A stretch of 59,713 nucleotides of DNA from Bacteroidaceae bacterium (GTDB lineage: Bacteria > Bacillota > Clostridia > Oscillospirales > Oscillospiraceae): contig CAVDMS010000001.1 in the NCBI GenBank assembly GCA_963610045.1, positions 1-59,713 on the forward strand, in the 5' to 3' direction. The translations under genes and the position numbers were made by a program. Position 1 is the stretch's first letter. Each line of letters opens with the position of its first letter. A model generated the notes under the pieces. The model ran no database searches. It was not told where the DNA came from and saw only the letters and a list, made by a program, of their open reading frames with translations. Shown here piece by piece: positions 25,065 through 34,872 of this stretch.

Positions 25065-27152
25065 TCAGTTTACGCTGAAGAGTATCTCGCCGTAGGTCGG
25101 CATGGGCCAGTATTCCGCAGAGGTATGTACCTCAAGCTCGTCAACCAGACTGCGGAGCCTTGTCATCGGCGGTATGAGCCGATCACGCCCGGCGACCGCA
25201 CGGGTGTAGTTTTCCGGCAGCGCCGACACGTCGGCAAGGGCGGCGTCCAGCTCACGGGCAACGTCGCAGCAGTCGGCGATGAGCCGGCTTATGTGCGCAG
25301 CGCCGTCCTTCTCGAATGAGCATTCTATGCCAAGCTCCTGCTTTGAGATCGCAGCGTTTGCAAGCTCCGCTGAGTATGCGCTCACCGAGGGCAGAATGTC
25401 ACGCCGCAGCATATGCAGCATGGTCTCGGCCTCGATGCGCAGCACCTTGCAGTAGTTGTCAAGCTTCATCTTATAGCGTGCCGCAAGCTCGATCTCGGAG
25501 TAGACGCTGTGGCGTATAAACAGCTCGACGTTCTTCTGCTCAAGGTATGCGTGGGCGCAGTCGGGGGTCGTGCGGAGGTTTAAAAGCCCTCTGCGTTCGG
25601 CCTCCTTGAGCCACTCCTCGCCGTAGCCGTTGCCGTTAAAGATGATGCGCTTGTGCTTGCGGATGACACGGCGGATAAGCTCATGCAGGTCGTTTTCAAA
25701 GTTGTCGGACAGCTCAAGCTCGTTTGCGTACTGCCGCAGCGACTCCGCAACGGCGGTGTTTATAACGACGTTTGCACCGGAAATGGAGCTTGACGAACCC
25801 GGCATACGGAACTCAAACTTGTTGCCGGTGAAGGCGAAGGGGGAGGTGCGGTTGCGGTCGGTGGTGTCCTTGGGGAGCTTCGGCAGCGCATGAACGCCGA
25901 CCTTTATAAGCTCCTTCTCCTTGCCGCCGTAAGGCTCGCCCCGCTCGATGGCATTGAGTATCTCCTCCAGCTCCTCGCCGACGTACACGGAGATGACCGC
26001 CGGGGGAGCCTCGTCCGCACCGAGGCGCAGATCGTTTGAGGCGCTCGTGATGGACAGACGCAGCATATCCTGATAATCGTCCACCGCCTGTATCACGGCG
26101 CAGAGCATGAGCAGAAACTGTGCGTTTTCGTAGGGCGTTTCGCCCGGCTCAAGCAGGTTTGCGCCCGTGCCGGTGGTCATGGACCAGTTGTTGTGCTTGC
26201 CGGAGCCGTTGACGCCCGCAAAGGGCTTTTCGTGCAGTAGACAGACCATGCCGTGCTTCTTTGCGATCTTCTGCATAAGCTCCATCGTTATCTGATTGTG
26301 GTCGGCGGCGATATTCGTCGTCATAAACACGGGCGCAAGCTCGTGCTGTGCCGGGGCGACCTCGTTATGCTCGGTCTTTGCAAGGATGCCGAGCTTCCAA
26401 AGCTCCTCGTCAAGCTCCGCCATGAATGCGGCGACACGGGGCTTTATCATGCCGTAGTAGTGGTCGCCGAGCTCCTGACCCTTGGGCGGCTTTGCGCCGA
26501 ACAGGGTGCGCCCGGTGTATACGAGATCGGGACGACGCAGGAACACGTCCTCGTCGATGAGGAAATACTCCTGTTCGGGTCCGCAGGTGGTCTTGACAAA
26601 GCCTGCGTCGCCGTTGCCGAACAGTCTCAGCACACGCATACCCTGACGGTTTATCGCCTCCATCGAGCGCAGCAGCGGTGTTTTCTTGTCGAGCGCCTCG
26701 CCGCCGTAGGAGCAGAATGCGGTCGGGATGCAGAGGGTGCCGTCCTTAATAAATGCGTAGGAGGTGGGGTCCCATGCGGTGTAGCCCCTCGCCTCGAAGG
26801 TCGCACGCAGTCCGCCCGTGGGGAAGCTGGAGGCGTCCGGCTCGCCCTTTATAAGCTCCTTGCCGGAAAACTCCATGATTATCCTGCCGCCGTCGGCAGG
26901 AGCGATGAAGCTGTCGTGCTTTTCGGCGGTTATGCCCGTCATGGGCTGGAACCAGTGTGTAAAGTGCGTTGCGCCCTTCTCGATCGCCCAGTCCTTCATG
27001 GCGTTTGCGACCACGTCGGCGGTGCTGCGGTCAAGCCCTTTGCCGAGCTTTATCGAAAGCTGCACCTGCCTGTACGCCTCGCTGGGGAGCCGTGCCTTCA
27101 TGACGGAGTCGTTGAACACCATCGTTCCGAATATGTCAGTTACGTTTTTCAA
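25065..27152 (-). CDS. glnN: glutamine synthetase, type III
   Basis: 695 aa, with a GSIII-type N-terminus ([14 protein letters not shown]) and catalytic core. Confidence 0.9.
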   Translation of the reverse strand: MKNVTDIFGTMVFNDSVMKARLPSEAYRQVQLSIKLGKGLDRSTADVVANAMKDWAIEKGATHFTHWFQPMTGITAEKHDSFIAPADGGRIIMEFSGKELIKGEPDASSFPTGGLRATFEARGYTAWDPTSYAFIKDGTLCIPTAFCSYGGEALDKKTPLLRSMEAINRQGMRVLRLFGNGDAGFVKTTCGPEQEYFLIDEDVFLRRPDLVYTGRTLFGAKPPKGQELGDHYYGMIKPRVAAFMAELDEELWKLGILAKTEHNEVAPAQHELAPVFMTTNIAADHNQITMELMQKIAKKHGMVCLLHEKPFAGVNGSGKHNNWSMTTGTGANLLEPGETPYENAQFLLMLCAVIQAVDDYQDMLRLSITSASNDLRLGADEAPPAVISVYVGEELEEILNAIERGEPYGGKEKELIKVGVHALPKLPKDTTDRNRTSPFAFTGNKFEFRMPGSSSSISGANVVINTAVAESLRQYANELELSDNFENDLHELIRRVIRKHKRIIFNGNGYGEEWLKEAERRGLLNLRTTPDCAHAYLEQKNVELFIRHSVYSEIELAARYKMKLDNYCKVLRIEAETMLHMLRRDILPSVSAYSAELANAAISKQELGIECSFEKDGAAHISRLIADCCDVARELDAALADVSALPENYTRAVAGRDRLIPPMTRLRSLVDELEVHTSAEYWPMPTYGEILFSVN

Positions 27153-27173
27153 TGCGTTTCTCCTTGGGCTATA

Positions 27174-29126
27174 TCAGCAGAGACGGAAGCCTGCGGGAAC
27201 GGAGTCGTCGAGCATCAGAAGATGCAGCTCCTCCTTGCCGTCATGCTCGTGAACTGCGCTCAGGAGCATACCGCAGGAATCCTGCCCCATCATTTTGCGG
27301 GCGGGGAGATTGAGTATCGCCACGACGGTCTTGCCCACTAACTGCTCCGGCTCGTAGAATGCGTGGATGCCGGAGAGGATCTGACGGGGAGTGCCGGAAC
27401 CGTCGTCGAGAATGAACTTTAAAAGCTTGCTGCTCTTTTTGACCGCCTCGCAGGAGATGACCTTGCACACACGCATATCGCACTTTGCAAAGTCGTCGAT
27501 GCTCACGTCGGGCATCACGGGCGGGAACTTGGGAGCGGCTGCGGGAGCGCTCTTGCGGCGCTCAAGCTCCTCAAGAGCCTTGGCGGCGTCGATGCGGGGG
27601 AACAGGGTCTCGCCCTTGTGGACGGAAACGGTGAGCGGCAGAACGCCGTACTTTCCGGCGTTTTCCCATGTCGCAAACTCGGATGCACCGATCTGCGCAA
27701 GAGCCTTGCCGCAGCTTTCGGGGATGAAGGGGCGGAGCATGGTGAGGGACACACGCAGTGCCTCAAGCAGATTGTAAAGCACGCTTGCAAGGCGGGGGCG
27801 GTCCTCCTCGTTCTTTGCCAGCACCCAGGGGGCGGTCTCGTCGATGTACTTATTCGCACGCTGGATGAGGCGGAATACCTCCTCAAGCGCAAGGTGGAGC
27901 TGGAACTTGTCCATCTGCGCCTCGTACTTTGCGGCGGTGCCTTCGATCATGGAGATAAGCTCGTCGTCGAGCGCATCGGGACGGCGCTCGGAGGAAAGCT
28001 CACTGCCGAAGTATTTCTCGACCATGGCGGTGGTGCGGGAGACGAGATTGCCGAGGTCGTTTGCAAGGTCGGTGTTGATGGTGGAGATAAGCAGCTCGTT
28101 TGAGAAGTTGCCGTCGGAGCCGAAGGGGAAGGTGCGCAGCAGGAAGAAGCGCAGCGCATCGACGCCGAACATATCCGCAAGCAGATAGGGATCGACGACG
28201 TTGCCCTTGGACTTGCTCATCTTGCCGCCGTCGATGACGAGCCAGCCGTGACCGTAGACCTTCTTGGGCAGCGGCATCTCCATGCTCATGAGCATTGCGG
28301 GCCAGATGATGGAGTGGAAACGGACTATCTCCTTGCCGACTATGTGAACGTCGGCAGGCCAATACTTTTCGTAGTCGGAGTCGGGGTAGCCGTCGTTGAG
28401 GAAGCCGAGTGCGGTGCAGTAGTTAAACAGCGCATCGACCCAAACGTACACGACGTGACCCGGATCGAAATCGACGGGGATGCCCCACTTGAAGCTCGTG
28501 CGGGAAACGCAGAGGTCCTCAAGACCGGGCTTTATGAAGTTGTTTATCATCTCGTTTACACGGGAAGCAGGCTCTAAGAAAGTGCCGCTTTCAAGCAGCT
28601 CCTGAACGGGCTTTGCGTACTTTGAAAGGCGGAAGAAGTAGGCCTCCTCCTCGGCGTAATGCACCTCTCTGCCGCAGTCGGGACATTTGCCGTCCTTGAG
28701 CTGGCTCTCGGTCCAAAAGCTTTCGCAGGGGGTGCAGTACATTCCCTTGTATGCGCCCTTGTAGATGTCGCCCTTGTCGTACATCTTGCGGAAGATACGC
28801 TGCACCGCCTTGCAGTGGTAGTCGTCGGTGGTGCGGATGAAGCGGTCGTTGGATATGTTCATGAGCTTCCACAGATCCAGAACGCCCTTTTCGCCCTCGA
28901 CTATGCCGTCAAGGAAGTCCTTGGGGCTTTTGCCTGCGGCGGTCGCCTTTTCCTCGATTTTCTGACCGTGCTCATCCGTGCCGGTGAGAAACATAACGTC
29001 ATATCCGCACATTCGCTTGTACCGGGCTATCGCATCGGTGGCGACGGTGCAGTAGGTGTGACCTATATGCAGCTTGTCGGAGGGGTAGTAGATTGGGGTG
29101 GTGATGTAGAATTTTCCCTTGTTCAT
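27174..29126 (-). CDS. metG: methionine--tRNA ligase
   Basis: HIGH motif (KLHIGH), KMSKS motif (KMSKSKGN), zinc knuckle CxxC...CPDC and a C-terminal tRNA-binding domain. Confidence 0.95.
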   Translation of the reverse strand: MNKGKFYITTPIYYPSDKLHIGHTYCTVATDAIARYKRMCGYDVMFLTGTDEHGQKIEEKATAAGKSPKDFLDGIVEGEKGVLDLWKLMNISNDRFIRTTDDYHCKAVQRIFRKMYDKGDIYKGAYKGMYCTPCESFWTESQLKDGKCPDCGREVHYAEEEAYFFRLSKYAKPVQELLESGTFLEPASRVNEMINNFIKPGLEDLCVSRTSFKWGIPVDFDPGHVVYVWVDALFNYCTALGFLNDGYPDSDYEKYWPADVHIVGKEIVRFHSIIWPAMLMSMEMPLPKKVYGHGWLVIDGGKMSKSKGNVVDPYLLADMFGVDALRFFLLRTFPFGSDGNFSNELLISTINTDLANDLGNLVSRTTAMVEKYFGSELSSERRPDALDDELISMIEGTAAKYEAQMDKFQLHLALEEVFRLIQRANKYIDETAPWVLAKNEEDRPRLASVLYNLLEALRVSLTMLRPFIPESCGKALAQIGASEFATWENAGKYGVLPLTVSVHKGETLFPRIDAAKALEELERRKSAPAAAPKFPPVMPDVSIDDFAKCDMRVCKVISCEAVKKSSKLLKFILDDGSGTPRQILSGIHAFYEPEQLVGKTVVAILNLPARKMMGQDSCGMLLSAVHEHDGKEELHLLMLDDSVPAGFRLC

Positions 29127-29148
29127 GTTTCTCTTCTCCTTTGTATTG

Positions 29149-30840
29149 TCAAGGCTCCGCCGGAGCCGGGGTTTCGGTGGGGGTCGGTTCTGTAGAGGGA
29201 GTCGGAGTCGGCTCCTCGGAGGGCGTGGGTGCAGGCGCAGGCGTAGGCGTCGGGGTCGGCTCCTCCGGCCACTTTATGTTCTCCTCGTGGTAGTGGTAGT
29301 AGCTCGTTGCCTCCTTGGTACGGCTTAATAGCGTACCGTCGGCGGCGTACACGTTGCGGTATGTGGTGGCGTTCGTGCCGATCGCAACGTCGGGATAGCG
29401 GCTGTCGTATGCGGTCGAGGCGGCGTAGGCTATTTCAACGTAGCTGCCGTCAACGTCCGTGCCCCAGATCTCCACGGTGAGCGAGCGCTCGTTCATGTCG
29501 CATTTTGCGACTATCTTAACGGGGTAATCCCTGTTGTTTTTGAATTTAAATTCCGGACCGCCCCACGAAACGGTGGCATCCATGCCGTAGGGCAGGTAGG
29601 ACACCGCAAAATAGTGGCAGTCGCGGGCGGTTATCTTGAGGTTTGCAAGCATGGCGGAGCAGTAGAGCGTTGACGACACCTGACATATGCCGCCGCCTAT
29701 CTGCGTGACCTCCTTGCCTCCGGCATAGGCTCCGGCGGGCTTGAAGCCCGCAGCCGAGGTGCGCTTTCCCACAACGTCGTTAAACGAGAAGGTCTCGCCG
29801 GGATTCAGCACCACGCCGTCTATCTTCTCCGCCGCAAGGCGGACATTAGCGCAGCGATCCGAGGAGCTGCTTTTAAAAGCCGTCGTCTTTGAGCCGAGGC
29901 AGTCGGCGAAAAGCTCGGTGCCGAGCGCTTCGGAGGAAAGCTTCGGTTGGGTGACGGTGAGCGGGATGACGACAAGCTCACCGAGCGTGGCTTTGTCAAA
30001 GAGCTTTGCCGCCTCTTCGGGATCGAAGTCAAGCCCCGCCTTGCTCTGCGTAAGGCAGTGGTTTTCGGTGTCGTATGCGGCGTCTACGGGATCGCACTTT
30101 ATCTCCTCACGGAGCTTTTCAAAGTCCGGAGTCTCGGCTTCCTCTATCCCGGCGGCGTAGCTTATGCGCTCGTCACCGTTTTCAAACGCCTTTGCGATGA
30201 GCGAGCAAAGCTCGTCTGCGTCGGGCTTCATGCTCTCGGCGCCCTTTATGAGGGAGAGCGTCGCTGCCTCCTCGTCGATCTGAGCTTCCGATGCAAGCTT
30301 TTTAAACTCCGAAAGCTCCGACTCGACCTTGGCTTTGAGCGCCTTTTCATCGACCGCTGCGGTTATCGCAGCGCCGTCGGTTTTGCCGGCTATACATTTA
30401 AAATATGCAAGCAGGTTCTCGAAGGGGTTGTCGCCGTGACCGTATGCGTATGCCGCCTGCGCCGCTTCTTCGGCGTCGAGGCGAAGTCCGGCATCGTCCG
30501 CCGTGACGGTAAATTCACGGTTGCCGGGAAGAGACACGGTGACGGGGGAGATGTCCCCTCCGTTCCATCCGGCGCTCTCCAATGCCGACGTCGCCTCCGA
30601 GACGGTCATGCCGCCGAGGGAAACGCCGCCTATGCTGATATTCGGGTATACGGTATCGCCCCTGCCGACGATGAAGCCGCCGAGCGCACACAGCGCAATG
30701 ACCGCAGTCAGTCCGAGAACGATGCCCAAAACGACGTTTCTGCCGCGCTTTGAGCCTCTCTCTCTCTTTTCCTCTCTTTTCGGAGCCTTCTTTTTCTCTG
30801 TCGGCTTGCTGCTTTTTGCAAGATGTCTGCCCTTTGCCAT
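29149..30840 (-). CDS. VanW family protein with N-terminal TM anchor and Pro/Thr-rich C-terminal tail
   Basis: GGGICQVSSTLY VanW core and the tail EEPTPTPTPAPAPTPSEEPTPTPSTEPTPTETPAPAEP. Start at the ATG 30840. Confidence 0.8.
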   Translation of the reverse strand: MAKGRHLAKSSKPTEKKKAPKREEKRERGSKRGRNVVLGIVLGLTAVIALCALGGFIVGRGDTVYPNISIGGVSLGGMTVSEATSALESAGWNGGDISPVTVSLPGNREFTVTADDAGLRLDAEEAAQAAYAYGHGDNPFENLLAYFKCIAGKTDGAAITAAVDEKALKAKVESELSEFKKLASEAQIDEEAATLSLIKGAESMKPDADELCSLIAKAFENGDERISYAAGIEEAETPDFEKLREEIKCDPVDAAYDTENHCLTQSKAGLDFDPEEAAKLFDKATLGELVVIPLTVTQPKLSSEALGTELFADCLGSKTTAFKSSSSDRCANVRLAAEKIDGVVLNPGETFSFNDVVGKRTSAAGFKPAGAYAGGKEVTQIGGGICQVSSTLYCSAMLANLKITARDCHYFAVSYLPYGMDATVSWGGPEFKFKNNRDYPVKIVAKCDMNERSLTVEIWGTDVDGSYVEIAYAASTAYDSRYPDVAIGTNATTYRNVYAADGTLLSRTKEATSYYHYHEENIKWPEEPTPTPTPAPAPTPSEEPTPTPSTEPTPTETPAPAEP

Positions 30841-30853
30841 ATCGGTTCCTCTT

Positions 30854-32116
30854 TCAGTTCTTTTCGACCTGCTTACGGTAAAATTCCTTAAACTTCTCAA
30901 GGTCGGCTTGCGGGAGCGGCTGCTTTTCCTCCGCATCGAAGGCGTCCTTCATCCACGGATTGTACTCGACCTTCGCCTCCGTCTGGGATTCAAGCATCGA
31001 AACGATGAGCGAGTTGGACACGAGGAAGCCCGACGGAGTGAGCCTCCAACGGTCATCGAGCTTTTCCGCCCAACCCTTTTTCGCAAATTCCTCAAATTTG
31101 CGCTCCATGGACGACCAGTCGCTGAGATAAATATTATGGTATTCCTTCTCGGATATGCCCCTTGAGGTGCGCATACCGAGCATAATGTATTCCGCCGCCT
31201 TCTGCACGGGCAGGCAGATCTCGTACTCGTCGATTATCTGCTTGTCTCCCATCACGGCGGCAATATAACGGTCAAGATCCCGCACATAGCTGTAACGCAC
31301 ACCGTCAACATACGAATGTGCACCGGGACCGAAGCCCATGTAATCGCCCATGGTCCAGTATTTGAGATTGTGCTTCGACTCGTAGCCCGGCACCGCAAAG
31401 TTCGAGATCTCATACTGCTCAAGCCCGTAATGCTCAAGCGTCTCGACGGTGTAGAGGTACATATCCGCCTGCTCGTCGTCGTCGGGAATGAGGGGGGAGC
31501 CGACATAGCGGTACATGGGAGTACCCTCCTCAAGCTTCAGCGCGTAGCAGGAAAGATGCTCCGGGTGCAGCTCCAGAGCCTTCGACAGCGTGTCCGCCCA
31601 GTCGCCCTTAGTCTGGCTCGGCAGACCGTAGATAAGGTCAAGGCTCACGTTCTCAAAGCCCGCACGCCTTGCGTTTTCGACTGCGGTCTGCGCCTGACGG
31701 AAGTTGTGCCGACGGCCGATGATCTTTAAAAGATCGCCGTTTGCCGACTGCACGCCGACGGACAGACGGTTGACGCCCGCCTTGCGCAGGAGCTTTAGGT
31801 CGTCGTACTTTACGCTGTCGGGGTTCACCTCGACGGTGATCTCCGAATCAAGACGCAGATTTCCCTGAAGCTTCAGCTCGTCGAGTATCTCGACTATGCG
31901 CTTTGCGCCGTAGTAGCTGGGGGTGCCGCCGCCGAAGTACACGGTGTCCACCTCGAAGCTCTTTGCCGCCTCCGCAGACTCGGATATGTGCGACAGCAGC
32001 GCCGACTGATAGTCCGGCATCTTGCGGTCGCAGCCGGGGAGCGAGTAAAAATCGCAGTAGGCGCACTTGCTGGCGCAGAAGGGTATGTGAATGTATATTC
32101 CCAAGCGTTTGCCCAT
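30854..32116 (-). CDS. hemW: radical SAM heme chaperone HemW (HemN-like)
   Basis: IYIHIPFCASKCAYCDF (CxxxCxxC). 420 aa. Confidence 0.9.
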   Translation of the reverse strand: MGKRLGIYIHIPFCASKCAYCDFYSLPGCDRKMPDYQSALLSHISESAEAAKSFEVDTVYFGGGTPSYYGAKRIVEILDELKLQGNLRLDSEITVEVNPDSVKYDDLKLLRKAGVNRLSVGVQSANGDLLKIIGRRHNFRQAQTAVENARRAGFENVSLDLIYGLPSQTKGDWADTLSKALELHPEHLSCYALKLEEGTPMYRYVGSPLIPDDDEQADMYLYTVETLEHYGLEQYEISNFAVPGYESKHNLKYWTMGDYMGFGPGAHSYVDGVRYSYVRDLDRYIAAVMGDKQIIDEYEICLPVQKAAEYIMLGMRTSRGISEKEYHNIYLSDWSSMERKFEEFAKKGWAEKLDDRWRLTPSGFLVSNSLIVSMLESQTEAKVEYNPWMKDAFDAEEKQPLPQADLEKFKEFYRKQVEKN

Positions 32117-32167
32117 GAAAGACTTCCTTTCACCGACGGGGGAGACACCCCCGTCGGCTCATGTTCT

Positions 32168-34090
32168 TTAGAAGAGTGAGGTCACCATATCGGAGTAGGC
32201 TGCCGGATCCTCAAGCTCAAGACCCGCAATGAGCTGCGCCTGAGCGTAGAGTATCTTAGAGAGCTTTGCCGCCTTGTCCTTTTCGAGGCTGTCGTATGCC
32301 ATCTTGACCGCTCTGAACGCACGGTGATCGGGGTTAATTTCAAGCACTCTGTTTGCACGGATCTTCCGCATCTCCTCGGAGGGGCTTACACGGAAGTACT
32401 TTTCCATCTCCAGCGTCACGCCGCCGGTGGTGGTCAGGCAGCAGGCGGAGGAGACGAGCTTGCTGGAGAAAACGACCTGCTTTAGGTTCTCGTCGCCGAT
32501 GCTGTCACGCATGAAGTCGAGAAGCTCTTTTTCCTCCTCGCTCTTTTCGGCGGCAGCCTTCTTCTCCTCCTCGGTCTGGAAGCCGAGGTCGTCGGTGACG
32601 ATGTTTATGAAGGGCTTGCCGTCTACCATGCGTATCTGCTGAAGCACCATCTCGTCGATGGGTGCGGTGAGGTACAGTATCTCATAGCCCCTGGAGCGCA
32701 CGTCCTCGCACTGGGGAAGGCTCATCGCCTGCTTGAGCGTATCGCCTGCGCAGTAGTATATCGCCTTCTGGCTTTCGGGCATATTGTCGACGTACTCCTT
32801 GAGCGTTACCTGCTTGTCCTCTCCGGTGTAGTATATGAGCAGGTCCTTGAGGAAGTCGGTGTAGCGGCCGTACTCGTCGCAGACGCCGCACTTTATGTGG
32901 ATGCCGAAGTTGTTCCAAAAGGTCTCGTACTTGGGACGGTCCTCACGCAGCATCTTCTCAAGCTCGCCCTTTATCTTCTTTTCAAGGTTCTGACCGATTA
33001 TCTTGAGCTGCCTGTTGTGCTGAAGCACCTCTCTTGAGATGTTCAGGCTGAGGTCGGGGGAGTCCACGACGCCTCGGACGAACTCGAAGTAATCGTGAAT
33101 GAGCTTGTCGCAGTTTTCCATGATGAGAACGCCGTTGCAGTAGAGCTTGACGCCCTTTTTCGCAGCGCCGCTTGCGGCGTTGTCGATGTCCTTGCCGGGG
33201 ATGAACAGCATTGCCTTGTAGGACACGTTGCCCTCGGCGTTGACACGAAGCACGGCGGCGGGGTCGGTCTGATCCCTGTTCGTCTCCTTATACCACTCGG
33301 CGCAGTCCTCGTCGCTGACATCCGCCTTGCTGCGCTGCCAGATGGGGACCATGGAGTTGACGGTTTCGGGAGCGGTCACGGTGACGTTGTGCATGACGGG
33401 GTTGCCGTCCTTGTCAAGCTCCTCGGAAGGCTGCTGCTCGGTGCGGGTGATGTCCATAACGATGGGCCAACGCACATAGTCGGAGTACTTCTTTACGAGC
33501 GCCTTGAGCTTCCATATCTCAAGATAGGAGCCGTAGATCTCCTCCTCGGTGTCCTCCTTGATGTGCATGATGACGTCGGTTCCGGCGGTGTATTTGTCGC
33601 AGGGGGTGACGGTGTAGCCGTCGGCTCCCGTGCTTTCCCACTTGACGCCCTCGTCGCTGCCGTAGGCTTTGGAGATGACCGTGACCTTGTCGGCGACCAT
33701 GAACGCCGAGTAGAAGCCGACGCCGAACTGACCGATGATGGAGATGTCCTCGCTCTCGGCCTTGTCGGAATCCATATCGTCCTTAAACTTGAAGGAGCCG
33801 CTCTTTGCAATAACGCCGAGGTTCTTCTCCGCCTCCTCCATGGTCATGCCGATGCCGTTATCGGAGACCGTGATGGTGCGGGCGTCCTTATCGACGGTGA
33901 TGCGGATGCGGTAGTCGCTGCGCTCAAGACCTACCTTGTCGTCGGTGAGGGAGAGGTAGCAGAGCTTGTCTATTGCATCGGATGCGTTGGAGATGATCTC
34001 ACGCAGGAAGATCTCCTTATTTGTGTAGATGGAGTTGATCATAAGGTCGAGGAGTCTTTTGCTCTCCGCCTTAAACTGTTTTTTACCCAT
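32168..34090 (-). CDS. htpG: molecular chaperone HtpG (Hsp90)
   Basis: EIFLREIISNASDAIDKL and GQFGVGFYSAF motifs. 640 aa. Confidence 0.95.
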   Translation of the reverse strand: MGKKQFKAESKRLLDLMINSIYTNKEIFLREIISNASDAIDKLCYLSLTDDKVGLERSDYRIRITVDKDARTITVSDNGIGMTMEEAEKNLGVIAKSGSFKFKDDMDSDKAESEDISIIGQFGVGFYSAFMVADKVTVISKAYGSDEGVKWESTGADGYTVTPCDKYTAGTDVIMHIKEDTEEEIYGSYLEIWKLKALVKKYSDYVRWPIVMDITRTEQQPSEELDKDGNPVMHNVTVTAPETVNSMVPIWQRSKADVSDEDCAEWYKETNRDQTDPAAVLRVNAEGNVSYKAMLFIPGKDIDNAASGAAKKGVKLYCNGVLIMENCDKLIHDYFEFVRGVVDSPDLSLNISREVLQHNRQLKIIGQNLEKKIKGELEKMLREDRPKYETFWNNFGIHIKCGVCDEYGRYTDFLKDLLIYYTGEDKQVTLKEYVDNMPESQKAIYYCAGDTLKQAMSLPQCEDVRSRGYEILYLTAPIDEMVLQQIRMVDGKPFINIVTDDLGFQTEEEKKAAAEKSEEEKELLDFMRDSIGDENLKQVVFSSKLVSSACCLTTTGGVTLEMEKYFRVSPSEEMRKIRANRVLEINPDHRAFRAVKMAYDSLEKDKAAKLSKILYAQAQLIAGLELEDPAAYSDMVTSLF

Positions 34091-34172
34091 ATTTTAAATA
34101 CCTCCGTATGTTTTTCTTAAAAATATATTATAACACATATTTGCTTTTTTTCAACTTATATATTAAATATTG

Positions 34173-34199
34173 AAAAACCCTCCGACCTCGGTCGGAGGG
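34173..34199 (-). terminator. rho-independent terminator of the nitroreductase gene
   Basis: Minus strand CCCTCCGAC-CGAG-GTCGGAGGG followed by TTTTTC. Confidence 0.75.
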
Positions 34200-34211
34200 C
34201 GAGAAGCGGCA

Positions 34212-34739
34212 TCAAACCGTCAGCGTGTAGTTTTCCTTGCGGGGAGCGGGAGCGGGGTTTTCGCAGTCCGCATAGCCGAGCGCCATCGAAGCGACGCCCC
34301 GCAGGTTCTCGGAAAGTCCCCACTTTTTGAGCAGCGCCTTGCCTTCGGGGAACTCGAACATCTGCTTGCAGCGGTTTATCCAGCATGAGCCGAGACCCAC
34401 GGCGTAGGCGGCGTTGAGCATATTCGTGCAGACGGCTGCACAGTCGAGTATGCCGATCTCCTCGGTAGCGGCATCCTCCGTTGCGAGAACGAGCAGCACC
34501 GTGGGCGCACCGTAGTAGGGGTCGATGCCCTCCTTTCCCATGACACGGGCGTTGAGAGCGGAAACGGCGGCTCTGTCCTCCGGGTCTCTGACCGCAATGA
34601 TGACGGGCGACTGCCTGCCCATCGCCGTGGGAGCGTAGGTCCCCGCCTCCGTGACCTTGGAAAGAAGGGCCTCATCCACCTGCTCCGAACGGTATTTTCT
34701 TATCGAGCGTCTGCCGCAAAGCATTTCGAGTGCATCCAT
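34212..34739 (-). CDS. nitroreductase family protein
   Basis: MDALEMLCGRRSIRKY N-terminus. Start at an internal ATG after GGAGG. 175 aa. Confidence 0.85.
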   Translation of the reverse strand: MDALEMLCGRRSIRKYRSEQVDEALLSKVTEAGTYAPTAMGRQSPVIIAVRDPEDRAAVSALNARVMGKEGIDPYYGAPTVLLVLATEDAATEEIGILDCAAVCTNMLNAAYAVGLGSCWINRCKQMFEFPEGKALLKKWGLSENLRGVASMALGYADCENPAPAPRKENYTLTV

Positions 34740-34872
34740 GATATTACCTCCACAGAAAATCATTGTCACAATATTATCACAGGTCGGAGGAATTTTCAAT
34801 AAAATGCTGTTCATTTGCCGAAGCTCGTGTTACAATGGAGGCACCCAAAAAATATAAACGGAGAAGAAAGCC

